From: Bacteriovoracaceae bacterium
Lineage (GTDB): Bacteria > Bdellovibrionota > Bacteriovoracia > Bacteriovoracales > Bacteriovoracaceae
Direction: 5' to 3'
NCBI GenBank assembly: GCA_021737405.1
Contig: JAIPEG010000009.1
Location: 5,028 to 69,027, forward strand
Length of the DNA stretch: 64,000 bases
Shown: positions 1 to 7,608 of the stretch, piece after piece
How positions within the stretch are numbered: position 1 is the stretch's first letter
Layout: each line of letters starts with the position of its first letter
Made by a program: the position numbers and the translations under genes
The notes under the pieces: model-generated
What the model saw: the letters and a program-made list of their open reading frames with translations, nothing else
The model's database searches: none
What the model was told of the DNA's origin: nothing

Positions 1-10
1 TAGTCGCTTT

Positions 11-1999
11 ATGGTTTGTCGAGAACCAGAAGTTTTAAATCGTTACGAACATGAAGATGCTTGCGTTGGCGCTCTTCAAGACTTTCTTAGTAATCGAGAA
101 CTCTTTGCCTTGCAGAGAGAGTGTTATTATCGTGAAAGCCGCAGGCTTGAACCGGTTACAGCTGATCGTCTTGTACCCATTATGAGTGCAAGCGTTGACT
201 CTCATCCGCTTCTTTTTAATAGAGACGATGGAAGAAGGCTTATTCCATTTTTAGCCGCGGATGCGAGTTATGTGCCGTCTGATTTTTCAAGGCGAGTACA
301 AAGCTTGCCTGGAGCAGGTGAGATTTCTCAGGCCGTTGAAGATCTTCTTCTTACCAATCCTGAAGACCCTCACATGGCCATTGAAGAGCTCTTGTCTCAG
401 CCTGAAATATTACCTCAGTTAAGTCGTCTGATTGATTCAGCTGTAGAGAATCAAGAAATGCATGAGTCTCTTAAAAATGAAATCACTAGATATCAAAATG
501 AGCTGGGCCAATCGGCGACTAACGTGTGTGTGTCAGACGGAGAACACCTGCATCAGTTTAATTTTCTTGTTGAAGATGCCATCGCAAGAGAGCTAGAAAA
601 TGTGACAGACCCTCAGGAAAGGCAAAGGCTTGTGGCCCGCAGGCAGGCTGCAGAGTGCTGGATGCTTGAGGATGACCCCCCGGAGTATGAAGGCGGTCTT
701 CCCACTGGATTTATGGCCCTCGGTGTAGGGGCTATTGCTCTAGGTATGGTTCCTGGCGTGGGATGGGCTGCCTCGGCAGCACTTATGGCGGCGGGGACTG
801 GAGTCGCTGGAACAAATGCCTACCTGCAATTTGACCATGCCCGCGATCGCCTCAATGCTACAACCGCCGCTTTTCAAGGAGGCTGGACTGACTCTCAACA
901 TGTCCTTGAGCAAGTTAATGCGGCCAATGATGCTGAATCGGCCCTTTGGTTGGAGGGACTCGCCGTCGGTATTCTCGATGTGGCTTCACCAGCTGCTCGC
1001 GCGCTCTATAGGGCGGCAAATACCAATGGAGAAATCGCTGCGAGAATCAATGCTTTTGCTCGGGGTGAGGCGGGGAGCGTAAGAGTACCTTTTTCTAGAG
1101 GAGGATCTACTGTCAGAGAGGCAAATGCACCAATTATCCCTGACGTCCCTTCCGACTTTAACTGGCAGTCTGCAAATTATCGAGGAGTTCATGAATATCG
1201 TTTTTCTAACTTACCAGATAGGCAGGCTTATTTCGGGGCTCAGCGATTTGATCAAGAAATTCGTGAGCTAGATAATGGTTACTTAGATTTTGAGGCTCAG
1301 GTAAGATCTACTGGAAATGGGCCTGCTCGTTTGCAAACAGTACGAGTGGATCGCCAGCTATATGAACATTATGAAGAGCATGATTTTCCCTTTCCCGATG
1401 AAGCTATAGAGCAGCTTTTGGCAACATTAAATGGGGGAAATCGCGAAGAACTATTAGCAACGCTCAGGTTATCTGAAGAGAATCTCACAAATCCACAACT
1501 GATTCAGCAAAGGATTAATGATTTCATAGGCGAGCTAGGCTTTAGAAAAACTGTTACAGCAACCTTCCCGTCCGATATCCCTCCTGTCCGAGTTCTTGAT
1601 GAGCTGAGGCAGGGAAATATAAGTCTGGTGCAAGATGCTGGACAGGATGCTGGCGCAACTAGGCTCAATTATTCTTTTGAATTCGCTGACAGAAGATTTG
1701 TAACTACCCTATGTAATAACCCTTCTGGTTGTCCTCGGCCAGGAGGCTCAGGACCTGAGGATTTAGTACCTGAAGGGTCAATACTCAGACTCCACCCCTC
1801 TTGTGGACGAGGAACTTTTCAAATTCGAGGAAGGGGCGACTTTGTTAGAGCTATTCAAAGAAGACTTAATAATTCTAGTGAGGAAATACCTTTTGATGTC
1901 TTTGGCGATGAAAATGATATGCTTATTAGATCTGGCCCTGCAAATGCTGAAGGTTTTGCAGGAGGACTTTTGAGGCCAACGACTGTGTGCTCAAATTAA
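11..1999 (+). CDS. large hypothetical protein, probably the C-terminal part of a bigger exported or effector-like protein
   Basis: 662-codon ORF. The frame stays open back to nt 2, so the gene probably starts upstream of the window. No signal peptide at the apparent N-terminus. Central ~42-aa Gly/Ala-rich bilobed hydrophobic segment GGLPTGFMALGVGAIALGMVPGVGWAASAALMAAGTGVAGT. No family recognised. Confidence 0.6.
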   Translation: MVCREPEVLNRYEHEDACVGALQDFLSNRELFALQRECYYRESRRLEPVTADRLVPIMSASVDSHPLLFNRDDGRRLIPFLAADASYVPSDFSRRVQSLPGAGEISQAVEDLLLTNPEDPHMAIEELLSQPEILPQLSRLIDSAVENQEMHESLKNEITRYQNELGQSATNVCVSDGEHLHQFNFLVEDAIARELENVTDPQERQRLVARRQAAECWMLEDDPPEYEGGLPTGFMALGVGAIALGMVPGVGWAASAALMAAGTGVAGTNAYLQFDHARDRLNATTAAFQGGWTDSQHVLEQVNAANDAESALWLEGLAVGILDVASPAARALYRAANTNGEIAARINAFARGEAGSVRVPFSRGGSTVREANAPIIPDVPSDFNWQSANYRGVHEYRFSNLPDRQAYFGAQRFDQEIRELDNGYLDFEAQVRSTGNGPARLQTVRVDRQLYEHYEEHDFPFPDEAIEQLLATLNGGNREELLATLRLSEENLTNPQLIQQRINDFIGELGFRKTVTATFPSDIPPVRVLDELRQGNISLVQDAGQDAGATRLNYSFEFADRRFVTTLCNNPSGCPRPGGSGPEDLVPEGSILRLHPSCGRGTFQIRGRGDFVRAIQRRLNNSSEEIPFDVFGDENDMLIRSGPANAEGFAGGLLRPTTVCSN

Positions 2000-2102
2000 A
2001 GTGAGTAAACCTATTTTTATGAATAAAAAACCTGATCATGATCGCTTCCAAAATCTATTACTAATTCTATGATTCGCACAAAGATTTAAGAAGGAGTTAA
2101 TC

Positions 2103-2219
2103 ATGCTGGAGCTATTAAGCTTACTATCAAGCAGTAAAATTAAGCTAACGAAACAAGATTATATAATTCTGATTGTTTTAAAACTTATTATTGTGGTTAG
2201 TTACATTCCTCAACGTTAA
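2103..2219 (+). CDS. mini-ORF P1, 38-aa single-TM peptide (MLELLSLLSSSKIKLTKQDYIILIVLKLIIVVSYIPQR)
   Basis: ATG preceded by AAGGAG with a 6-nt spacer. Paralogous to the convergent mini-ORF at 2284..2388 (17/34 identical residues, shared KQDY and IPQ motifs), which argues for real coding. Below the 60-aa cutoff of the ORF track. Confidence 0.4.
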   Translation: MLELLSLLSSSKIKLTKQDYIILIVLKLIIVVSYIPQR

Positions 2220-2228
2220 TCAATGGCC

Positions 2229-2256
2229 ACGTTAGGTACGTGATTGATCCTAACGT
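2229..2256. terminator. hairpin between the two convergent mini-ORFs (8-bp stem ACGTTAGG/CCTAACGT, 12-nt loop)
   Basis: Perfect 8-bp inverted repeat read directly from the sequence. No clear U-tract, so terminator function is only inferred from its position between convergent ORFs. Confidence 0.3.
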
Positions 2257-2283
2257 AAGTTTAGGCGTGTGGCTTAGTAGTTC

Positions 2284-2388
2284 TTAAATTTGAGGAATAC
2301 TACCGACTATTAAGATAAGCGTAATGATGAAAAAAATCGCATAGTCTTGTTTTTCTAATCTAAGTTTTGAAAATAAAGAGTGTAACAT
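2284..2388 (-). CDS. mini-ORF P2, 34-aa single-TM peptide (MLHSLFSKLRLEKQDYAIFFIITLILIVGSIPQI)
   Basis: ATG at 2388 preceded by AGGAAG with a 4-nt spacer. Paralogue of P1 at 2103..2219. Confidence 0.4.
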   Translation of the reverse strand: MLHSLFSKLRLEKQDYAIFFIITLILIVGSIPQI

Positions 2389-2456
2389 AATTCTTCCTGC
2401 CTAATTATAAGTGGAACTGGCAGTTGAATTTATAACTTAGGTGATATGAATTGAAT

Positions 2457-3806
2457 TCAATGGTGTAATTTCTTCACGTTTAAATTGTTACCTAGTCCTA
2501 AGTAACCGAAAACTAACCAATACATTCGATCGCCTAATCCTCCTAAGGAAAAATGGGCATGGTAGATAATAAAAACGAGTAAATGAGAGAATAAGAAAAT
2601 ACCCATGATCCTCATGTCATAGGATTTTGAAAACATTCCATTTATGGCTCCAAATATCATAAGGATAAAACCCGCGACCGAGAGAATTAAAAGAGGCCAG
2701 CCTCCAATAACTCCTGCGCTGATAAAGAGGTTGTGGGGATCTTTAAAAGAGTTGTAGCCACTGACTTTTATCCCCTTGGCCGACATAAATTTATAGAGAA
2801 GTCCTCTTCCCATAAAGGGCTCTTCTTGAAAATACTCGAGTCCTCTGTAAACCTCTTCCAGTCGGGTCTGAACACCATTTTGTGCCTTTCTCATACCAAA
2901 GCTTTTTTTACCAGTCGTCACGTCATAGAGAACGCCAATACCTTCTCCACCGTAAATACCAAGGGTGAGAGTTATTAAAATGAGAAAAAGAATCTTAAAG
3001 AGTATCAAGCTCTTTCTCTTTGATGGGAAGAGAAAGAGAGCGGCCAAGAAGGTCATGATCATGGTTAAAATGGCAGCCTTTGTTGAAGTTAGAATAATTG
3101 CAATTCCGCACAGAAATAGAGCGATTATATTGAAATTTCTTCTAAGTCTGCCCCAAGATTTATGGGGTCTGAAAACATCTCTTATAAGAAAAATGAAAGC
3201 AAATGTCGCAGCAGAAACCATATGGGGAATGTGCTTAAAGATTCCAATGAATCTTCCTCCCTTAAAGAAAAAAGGGAAAAAGAGAGGAAGTAATATGAGT
3301 GAGAGTAGGACAAAACCGACCGAGAAATTTCGAATCCAAAAAATTGCTTTTTCAACGGGAAATATATTGGGAATGATTACTGAGTATAAGAGAATTAAAA
3401 TGATGGCCATAAAAAGGCCTGATAATTGTAGTAGTGGAGAAAAGGAGACATTAACAAAAATAATTTGAAAGATTGTTTGAATCCCAAGGGTGGCCGCTAG
3501 GACAAATAAAAAGGTACGATAATTCTTACTGGTTTCAAAAAGAGGTCTACTCTTCATCCAATAAAAAAAAAGGATCATGAAGGCCAGTAAATTGAGGCCA
3601 AAGTTTATAAAAGGATGCATTCCGTATTGAAAAAAGAGTGGGGGAAGAGTGCTTGGGACTAAGAGGGTCCACTTAAGAGAGAGTTTCGAAAAGAACATTA
3701 GCCCTATTAAGGAAATAATGATTCCCTCAACAAGTGTACGAATCTTTATTTGGCCAAAGGATTTATGATTTGAACTAATCTTTAAGTCTGTCATCAATTG
3801 CGACAA
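2457..3806 (-). CDS. O-antigen ligase / O-antigen polymerase family membrane protein (Wzy_C-like)
   Basis: 449-aa polytopic membrane ORF (at least 10 hydrophobic helices) with a large loop and a KDPHNLFISAGVIGG motif like the H-N-x-(F/Y)-L..GxxG signature of Wzy_C/WaaL proteins. Adjacent to polysaccharide export genes. Start uncertain because it overlaps the upstream gene by 32 nt. Confidence 0.6.
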   Translation of the reverse strand: MSQLMTDLKISSNHKSFGQIKIRTLVEGIIISLIGLMFFSKLSLKWTLLVPSTLPPLFFQYGMHPFINFGLNLLAFMILFFYWMKSRPLFETSKNYRTFLFVLAATLGIQTIFQIIFVNVSFSPLLQLSGLFMAIILILLYSVIIPNIFPVEKAIFWIRNFSVGFVLLSLILLPLFFPFFFKGGRFIGIFKHIPHMVSAATFAFIFLIRDVFRPHKSWGRLRRNFNIIALFLCGIAIILTSTKAAILTMIMTFLAALFLFPSKRKSLILFKILFLILITLTLGIYGGEGIGVLYDVTTGKKSFGMRKAQNGVQTRLEEVYRGLEYFQEEPFMGRGLLYKFMSAKGIKVSGYNSFKDPHNLFISAGVIGGWPLLILSVAGFILMIFGAINGMFSKSYDMRIMGIFLFSHLLVFIIYHAHFSLGGLGDRMYWLVFGYLGLGNNLNVKKLHH

Positions 3807-4272
3807 TGGTTAAAATCGAAGTTAGGGCCAAAGAAATGAGAGATATCAATCTCCATGTATCAGTATCAATAACGGGCTTTTTTCTCTTCACAAGGACAAC
3901 ATCGTCTGGTCTTAAATCATAGAGATGAATTTTTCCCTCCTCTAATTTCTTTTCAACATTGATCTCCAAACCCTTATTCGTATTGTTGTCTTTTTGGCCT
4001 ATCAAAACATTACTTAAGTTAGCGTCACTTGTTGTCCCCCCTGCAAGAGAGAGGAGTGTTGCAAGATCCATTTTCTTAGGGACGTGGTACAGGCCTGATT
4101 TATTAACGGCCCCTAGAAGCTTTATGGTCATTAATTCTTGTCCTTTATAGGACTGAAAGACAAATTCTGAAGGGGTTCCGATTTTAAATTGGTTTAACCG
4201 ATCTGTTCCTAGCGCCAAAATGTGCTGCTGGCTTAATATTAAACATAGTAAAAAGGTCAGGGTTTGCTTCAT
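3775..4272 (-). CDS. polysaccharide export protein, SLBB-domain (Wza-like, short)
   Basis: Signal peptide. SLBB-type motif LLGAVNKSGLYHVPKKMDLATLLSLAGGTTSDA ... LRPDDVVLVKRKK. C-terminal TM helix. Confidence 0.65.
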   Translation of the reverse strand: MKQTLTFLLCLILSQQHILALGTDRLNQFKIGTPSEFVFQSYKGQELMTIKLLGAVNKSGLYHVPKKMDLATLLSLAGGTTSDANLSNVLIGQKDNNTNKGLEINVEKKLEEGKIHLYDLRPDDVVLVKRKKPVIDTDTWRLISLISLALTSILTIVAIDDRLKD

Positions 4273-4413
4273 ATTTACTCTTGGGTTAATAAATTCTTAA
4301 GGATTTTGATTATTATAAAGGTAAATCGTTAAGAAGAAATATTGATTTATAAATAAACTATAGTTGATCTAAACCCGATAAGCTCTTTGAATCTCATTAA
4401 TTTTGGAAATATC

Positions 4414-5652
4414 ATGCTTACTAATGGTCCAGAACCAGACATTTCAGAAAATTCTATCTCCCTAAATCAGGCGCTTGTGACTTTCACAAAACGATGGAAG
4501 CTTCTTGTTATTCTGGCGCTTCTCTTTGTCTTAGGTGCTCTTGTTAAACATAAGTTCTTCCCAACATATCCTGCAAGAGGGATTCTTCTCATTAAAGATG
4601 TAAAGAACTCTCGATATCAACTTCTCTTGAGCTCCATTGCCAATCAGTTGGGAGAATTTGCTCCAGATGAAGGGCAAGGAGTTGACGCGGTCTCTCAGGC
4701 CATAAACTTCCTAGATACATATAGCTTTCACAAAAATTTGGCCCGAAAGTTATTAAGTATTTATGAAAATTCAGAAAATAAGAATGAAATAGAAAGTCTA
4801 AATCTTATTCTAAAAAAAATAAGTAAAATTAAAGATGCACCACTGAGGGAATTACGAACGGCACAAATTTTGCGCGCTTATTTAGGCTATTCAAATGAAG
4901 GTGGAGGAAGACTCAAAGTTTATCTTAAAACGAATAACAAGAAGCTAAGTTTCTTGATTGTAAGTGTCGCATTAGAAGAAGCGAAAAAAGAACTTGTTAG
5001 AAGAGACATTCATGAGCTTGAGGAAGCCGAGAAGTATTTCTCCCTTCAAATCAAAGAGGTTCAAGGCCACCTTGATAAAATAGAAAAAGAAACCATTGAA
5101 AAGATGCAAAAACATCAGGTCTTATCTGTGGATATTGAAAAGGGAGAAACATCTAGATATCAGAATGAACTAAAACAGAATATTTCCGAAACAACAATAT
5201 CAATTAGGAAGAATAATAATCTCATCCGCGACTTAGAAAATAAAATAAAGGACATTAAATCATTGGAGACGGGGAGATTTTCTGGCTCATCTCAAATTAA
5301 AAACCTTCGCGCTGAAAATAAAGAACTTTCGGCGAAATTAAAATCACTGGAGCAAACGCTAAGGGGATATGGCAAAAAGCAAAAAGGCCTTCTTCCTTTT
5401 CAACAAGAAATTGAAAAGATGAGAGCGAAATATACATATGAATATAAAGTGTATGAATCCTTGAGAGGGTCGTTAGCAAAAATTGGCCTTCAGAAAACCT
5501 ATATCAATAACAAAATTGAAGTCCTTGAACCTGAATTTCTTGAGAGAATACAATCTAAGCCAGGACTGTTGATCATGGTTCTATTGGCCTTCATTTTGAG
5601 TCAAATAGTAGGTCTTAGTAGTATCTATTTATGGGAGCTTTTTAGGCCATAA
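4414..5652 (+). CDS. Wzz/GumC-like polysaccharide chain-length determinant (PCP-like) protein
   Basis: N-terminal TM helix, long coiled-coil periplasmic region and C-terminal TM helix. Divergent from the export/ligase genes. ATG at 4414 preferred over the TTG at 4387. Confidence 0.5.
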   Translation: MLTNGPEPDISENSISLNQALVTFTKRWKLLVILALLFVLGALVKHKFFPTYPARGILLIKDVKNSRYQLLLSSIANQLGEFAPDEGQGVDAVSQAINFLDTYSFHKNLARKLLSIYENSENKNEIESLNLILKKISKIKDAPLRELRTAQILRAYLGYSNEGGGRLKVYLKTNNKKLSFLIVSVALEEAKKELVRRDIHELEEAEKYFSLQIKEVQGHLDKIEKETIEKMQKHQVLSVDIEKGETSRYQNELKQNISETTISIRKNNNLIRDLENKIKDIKSLETGRFSGSSQIKNLRAENKELSAKLKSLEQTLRGYGKKQKGLLPFQQEIEKMRAKYTYEYKVYESLRGSLAKIGLQKTYINNKIEVLEPEFLERIQSKPGLLIMVLLAFILSQIVGLSSIYLWELFRP

Positions 5653-5678
5653 ATAGCGAATCCTAAGCGACTTTAAAA

Positions 5679-5975
5679 TTATTGGGACTTTGCTTTTTTT
5701 ATCAAATTGACGAGGTCACCTAGTTGAACGTTACCTTCTAGTTTATGACGGAGTGTTTTTTTCTTAACAATTTTATAGCGATTAGATCTTCCCACTTTCT
5801 CTTTTTCTATATACCCGGCAGCTTCAAGGTCTTGAACGATCCCTAAGACGGAGCGCTCGGTTATACCAACCCTTAGGGCCACCTCTCTAAGGACAATGCC
5901 CTCAATTGTTGCTAATAGAAAATAGATATGGGCGTGATTACTGAAAAATGTCCAACCTGCCTCTTTTTGCTCCAC
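5679..5975 (-). CDS. winged-helix (MarR/ArsR-like) transcriptional regulator
   Basis: 98 aa. HTH-like segment LREVALRVGITERSVLGIVQDLEAAGYIEKEKVGRSNRYKI. Divergent from dabB. Confidence 0.6.
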   Translation of the reverse strand: MEQKEAGWTFFSNHAHIYFLLATIEGIVLREVALRVGITERSVLGIVQDLEAAGYIEKEKVGRSNRYKIVKKKTLRHKLEGNVQLGDLVNLIKKAKSQ

Positions 5976-6013
5976 TTACTCCTCCAGATATCAGTATTAT
6001 AGCTCCTTTATGT

Positions 6014-6060
6014 GAAAAAATATACATGAAACTTGAAATAGGAAAAAAAATACATGAAAT
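6014..6060. promoter_or_regulatory. tandem 19-nt direct repeat (GAAAAAAWATACATGAAA) in the regulator/dabB divergent promoter region
   Basis: Copy 1 at 6014..6032 and copy 2 at 6042..6060 match at 18/19 positions, with starts 28 bp apart. Candidate operator or UP-like element. Confidence 0.4.
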
Positions 6061-6111
6061 AATTTGCACCAATTGGCTGAAACTGTTAAGGTGATGAAGA
6101 AAGGAGAATTC

Positions 6112-7608
6112 ATGGATTATTTGCATCTGACACTACCTCTATTTTTGGCTTTTCCCATTATTATCAATTGTTTAGCGAGCTTTTACCCCAAGATAAGAGT
6201 TAGCCTGGCCCTCTTCTTAGCTCCCTTAGCACTTTTAGGGCTTTCCCTCGTGAGTTTTATTCAAGGTGGACCTTTAACCTTAGAAGTCGCAAAGGTTAAT
6301 GCTCTATTCTCCTTAGGTATAAGTCTCGATATTCTCTCGGGCTTGATTGGTGCCACGGTTATGACCATTGGAATTATCGTTGTGCGCTTCTCAGTGAGAT
6401 ACCTAGAAGATGATCCTGACCAAGAGGGTTTCTCAAAGAATCTATCCTTAACGCTTTTCTTTGTTCTCTCTATGCTCATGTCTCCCAATTTAGTTCAATT
6501 CTTCTTATCTTGGTTTGGGACTTCTTATTTTTTACATAATCTTTTAACTCATTTTTCTAAGAGGGAAGGAGCTTTAAAAGCTGCTCATCAAAAATTTTGG
6601 GTGAGTCGATTAGGAGATGTTTTTATTTTATCTGCAGGGGTAATCCTTTTTCTCATTGTTGGTTCATTAGATTTTGACTCGATTTTTCAGGCAGTAGGAA
6701 ACAGCGAATTTATTCAAGAAAATAGATTTTTAATAAACCTGGCGTCTATTTTTATTGTCCTTGGGGCCATGACGAAGTCGGCACAATTTCCATTTCATTT
6801 CTGGCTACCCAATACAATGGAGACTCCCACTCCAGTATCTGCGCTGATGCATGCAGGAATTATCAATGCAGGCGGCTACCTCGTCATAAGGATGAGTCCT
6901 CTCTTATCAAAAGCAACAGTTTCACTCTCTCTCTTAGCGATTATTGGGGGCCTCACGACTTTTTGGGCAACATTAGTTATGTTTACTCAGCCTAATGTCA
7001 AAAAAAGCTTAGCTTATTCCACAATTTCTCAAATGGGCTTTATGATGCTCCAGTGTGGACTTGGTGCTTTTTCAATCGCAGTTGTCCACATTATCGGCCA
7101 CTCATTTTATAAGGCTTACTCTTTTCTAAGCTCTGCCTCTGCAACAGATATAGGCAAATTGAATAGATATTTTCCAAAAGAAAAAATGGCTCAATCTGTT
7201 TGGAGCCCTTTTTTCTACGCTCTTTTAACGATGGCCATTTTCATGAGTAGTTTAAAGCTGATTGGGTTTGGGATACAAGCAGATCCTGGAAAATTCATTC
7301 TGGTCATGATCCTATCGTTAGCGATTTCTCAAATCTTTTTAAACACAAATGAAAAGTTTAGGTCTTTGTCTTTAAGTCTAACGATCGTTTCACTTTATTT
7401 CTTGTTATCAGCAGGGACTGAACTTCTTTTGAAGGGGATTATTCCTGAGAGTATTCAGTTCTCTGGTGCGCTAACTTATTCAATTTTCTTTTTGTGCGCT
7501 TTCTTGTTTTTGACTCTATATCTAATTCAAAATAATTTAGAAAAGATTTCAAATACTGAGATAGGAAGAAGAATTTACGCAAAATCATTAAAAGGGGAAA
7601 TCCTATGA
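6112..7608 (+). CDS. dabB: DabB/MpsA, NuoL/MnhA-like proton-conducting membrane subunit of the DAB inorganic-carbon pump
   Basis: Polytopic PF00361-like protein (FHFWLPNTMETPTPVSALMHAGIINAGGY). ATG at 6112 preceded by AAGGAG. ATGA overlap with the DUF2309 gene. Confidence 0.8.
   Translation: MDYLHLTLPLFLAFPIIINCLASFYPKIRVSLALFLAPLALLGLSLVSFIQGGPLTLEVAKVNALFSLGISLDILSGLIGATVMTIGIIVVRFSVRYLEDDPDQEGFSKNLSLTLFFVLSMLMSPNLVQFFLSWFGTSYFLHNLLTHFSKREGALKAAHQKFWVSRLGDVFILSAGVILFLIVGSLDFDSIFQAVGNSEFIQENRFLINLASIFIVLGAMTKSAQFPFHFWLPNTMETPTPVSALMHAGIINAGGYLVIRMSPLLSKATVSLSLLAIIGGLTTFWATLVMFTQPNVKKSLAYSTISQMGFMMLQCGLGAFSIAVVHIIGHSFYKAYSFLSSASATDIGKLNRYFPKEKMAQSVWSPFFYALLTMAIFMSSLKLIGFGIQADPGKFILVMILSLAISQIFLNTNEKFRSLSLSLTIVSLYFLLSAGTELLLKGIIPESIQFSGALTYSIFFLCAFLFLTLYLIQNNLEKISNTEIGRRIYAKSLKGEIL

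Noticed and set aside
11-1999. Idea that the first ORF, and the SLT gene at 17405..18862, are GC-rich horizontally acquired islands.
   Set aside because: Hand counts of a few 60-nt lines gave roughly 38-55% GC for these genes, but about 47% for a pyrG line as well. I cannot show a significant deviation without computing windowed GC and codon usage.
2965-3468. 167-aa ORF on the + strand inside the O-antigen ligase gene.
   Set aside because: It is the antisense reading of a Phe/Leu-rich membrane gene, giving a Lys/Arg-rich low-complexity product. It has no SD and is fully nested.
6011-6026. TGTGA-N6-ATACA near the dab promoter, considered as a CRP/FNR-type site.
   Set aside because: Only one half-site matches the consensus. 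It overlaps the direct repeat, which explains the sequence better.
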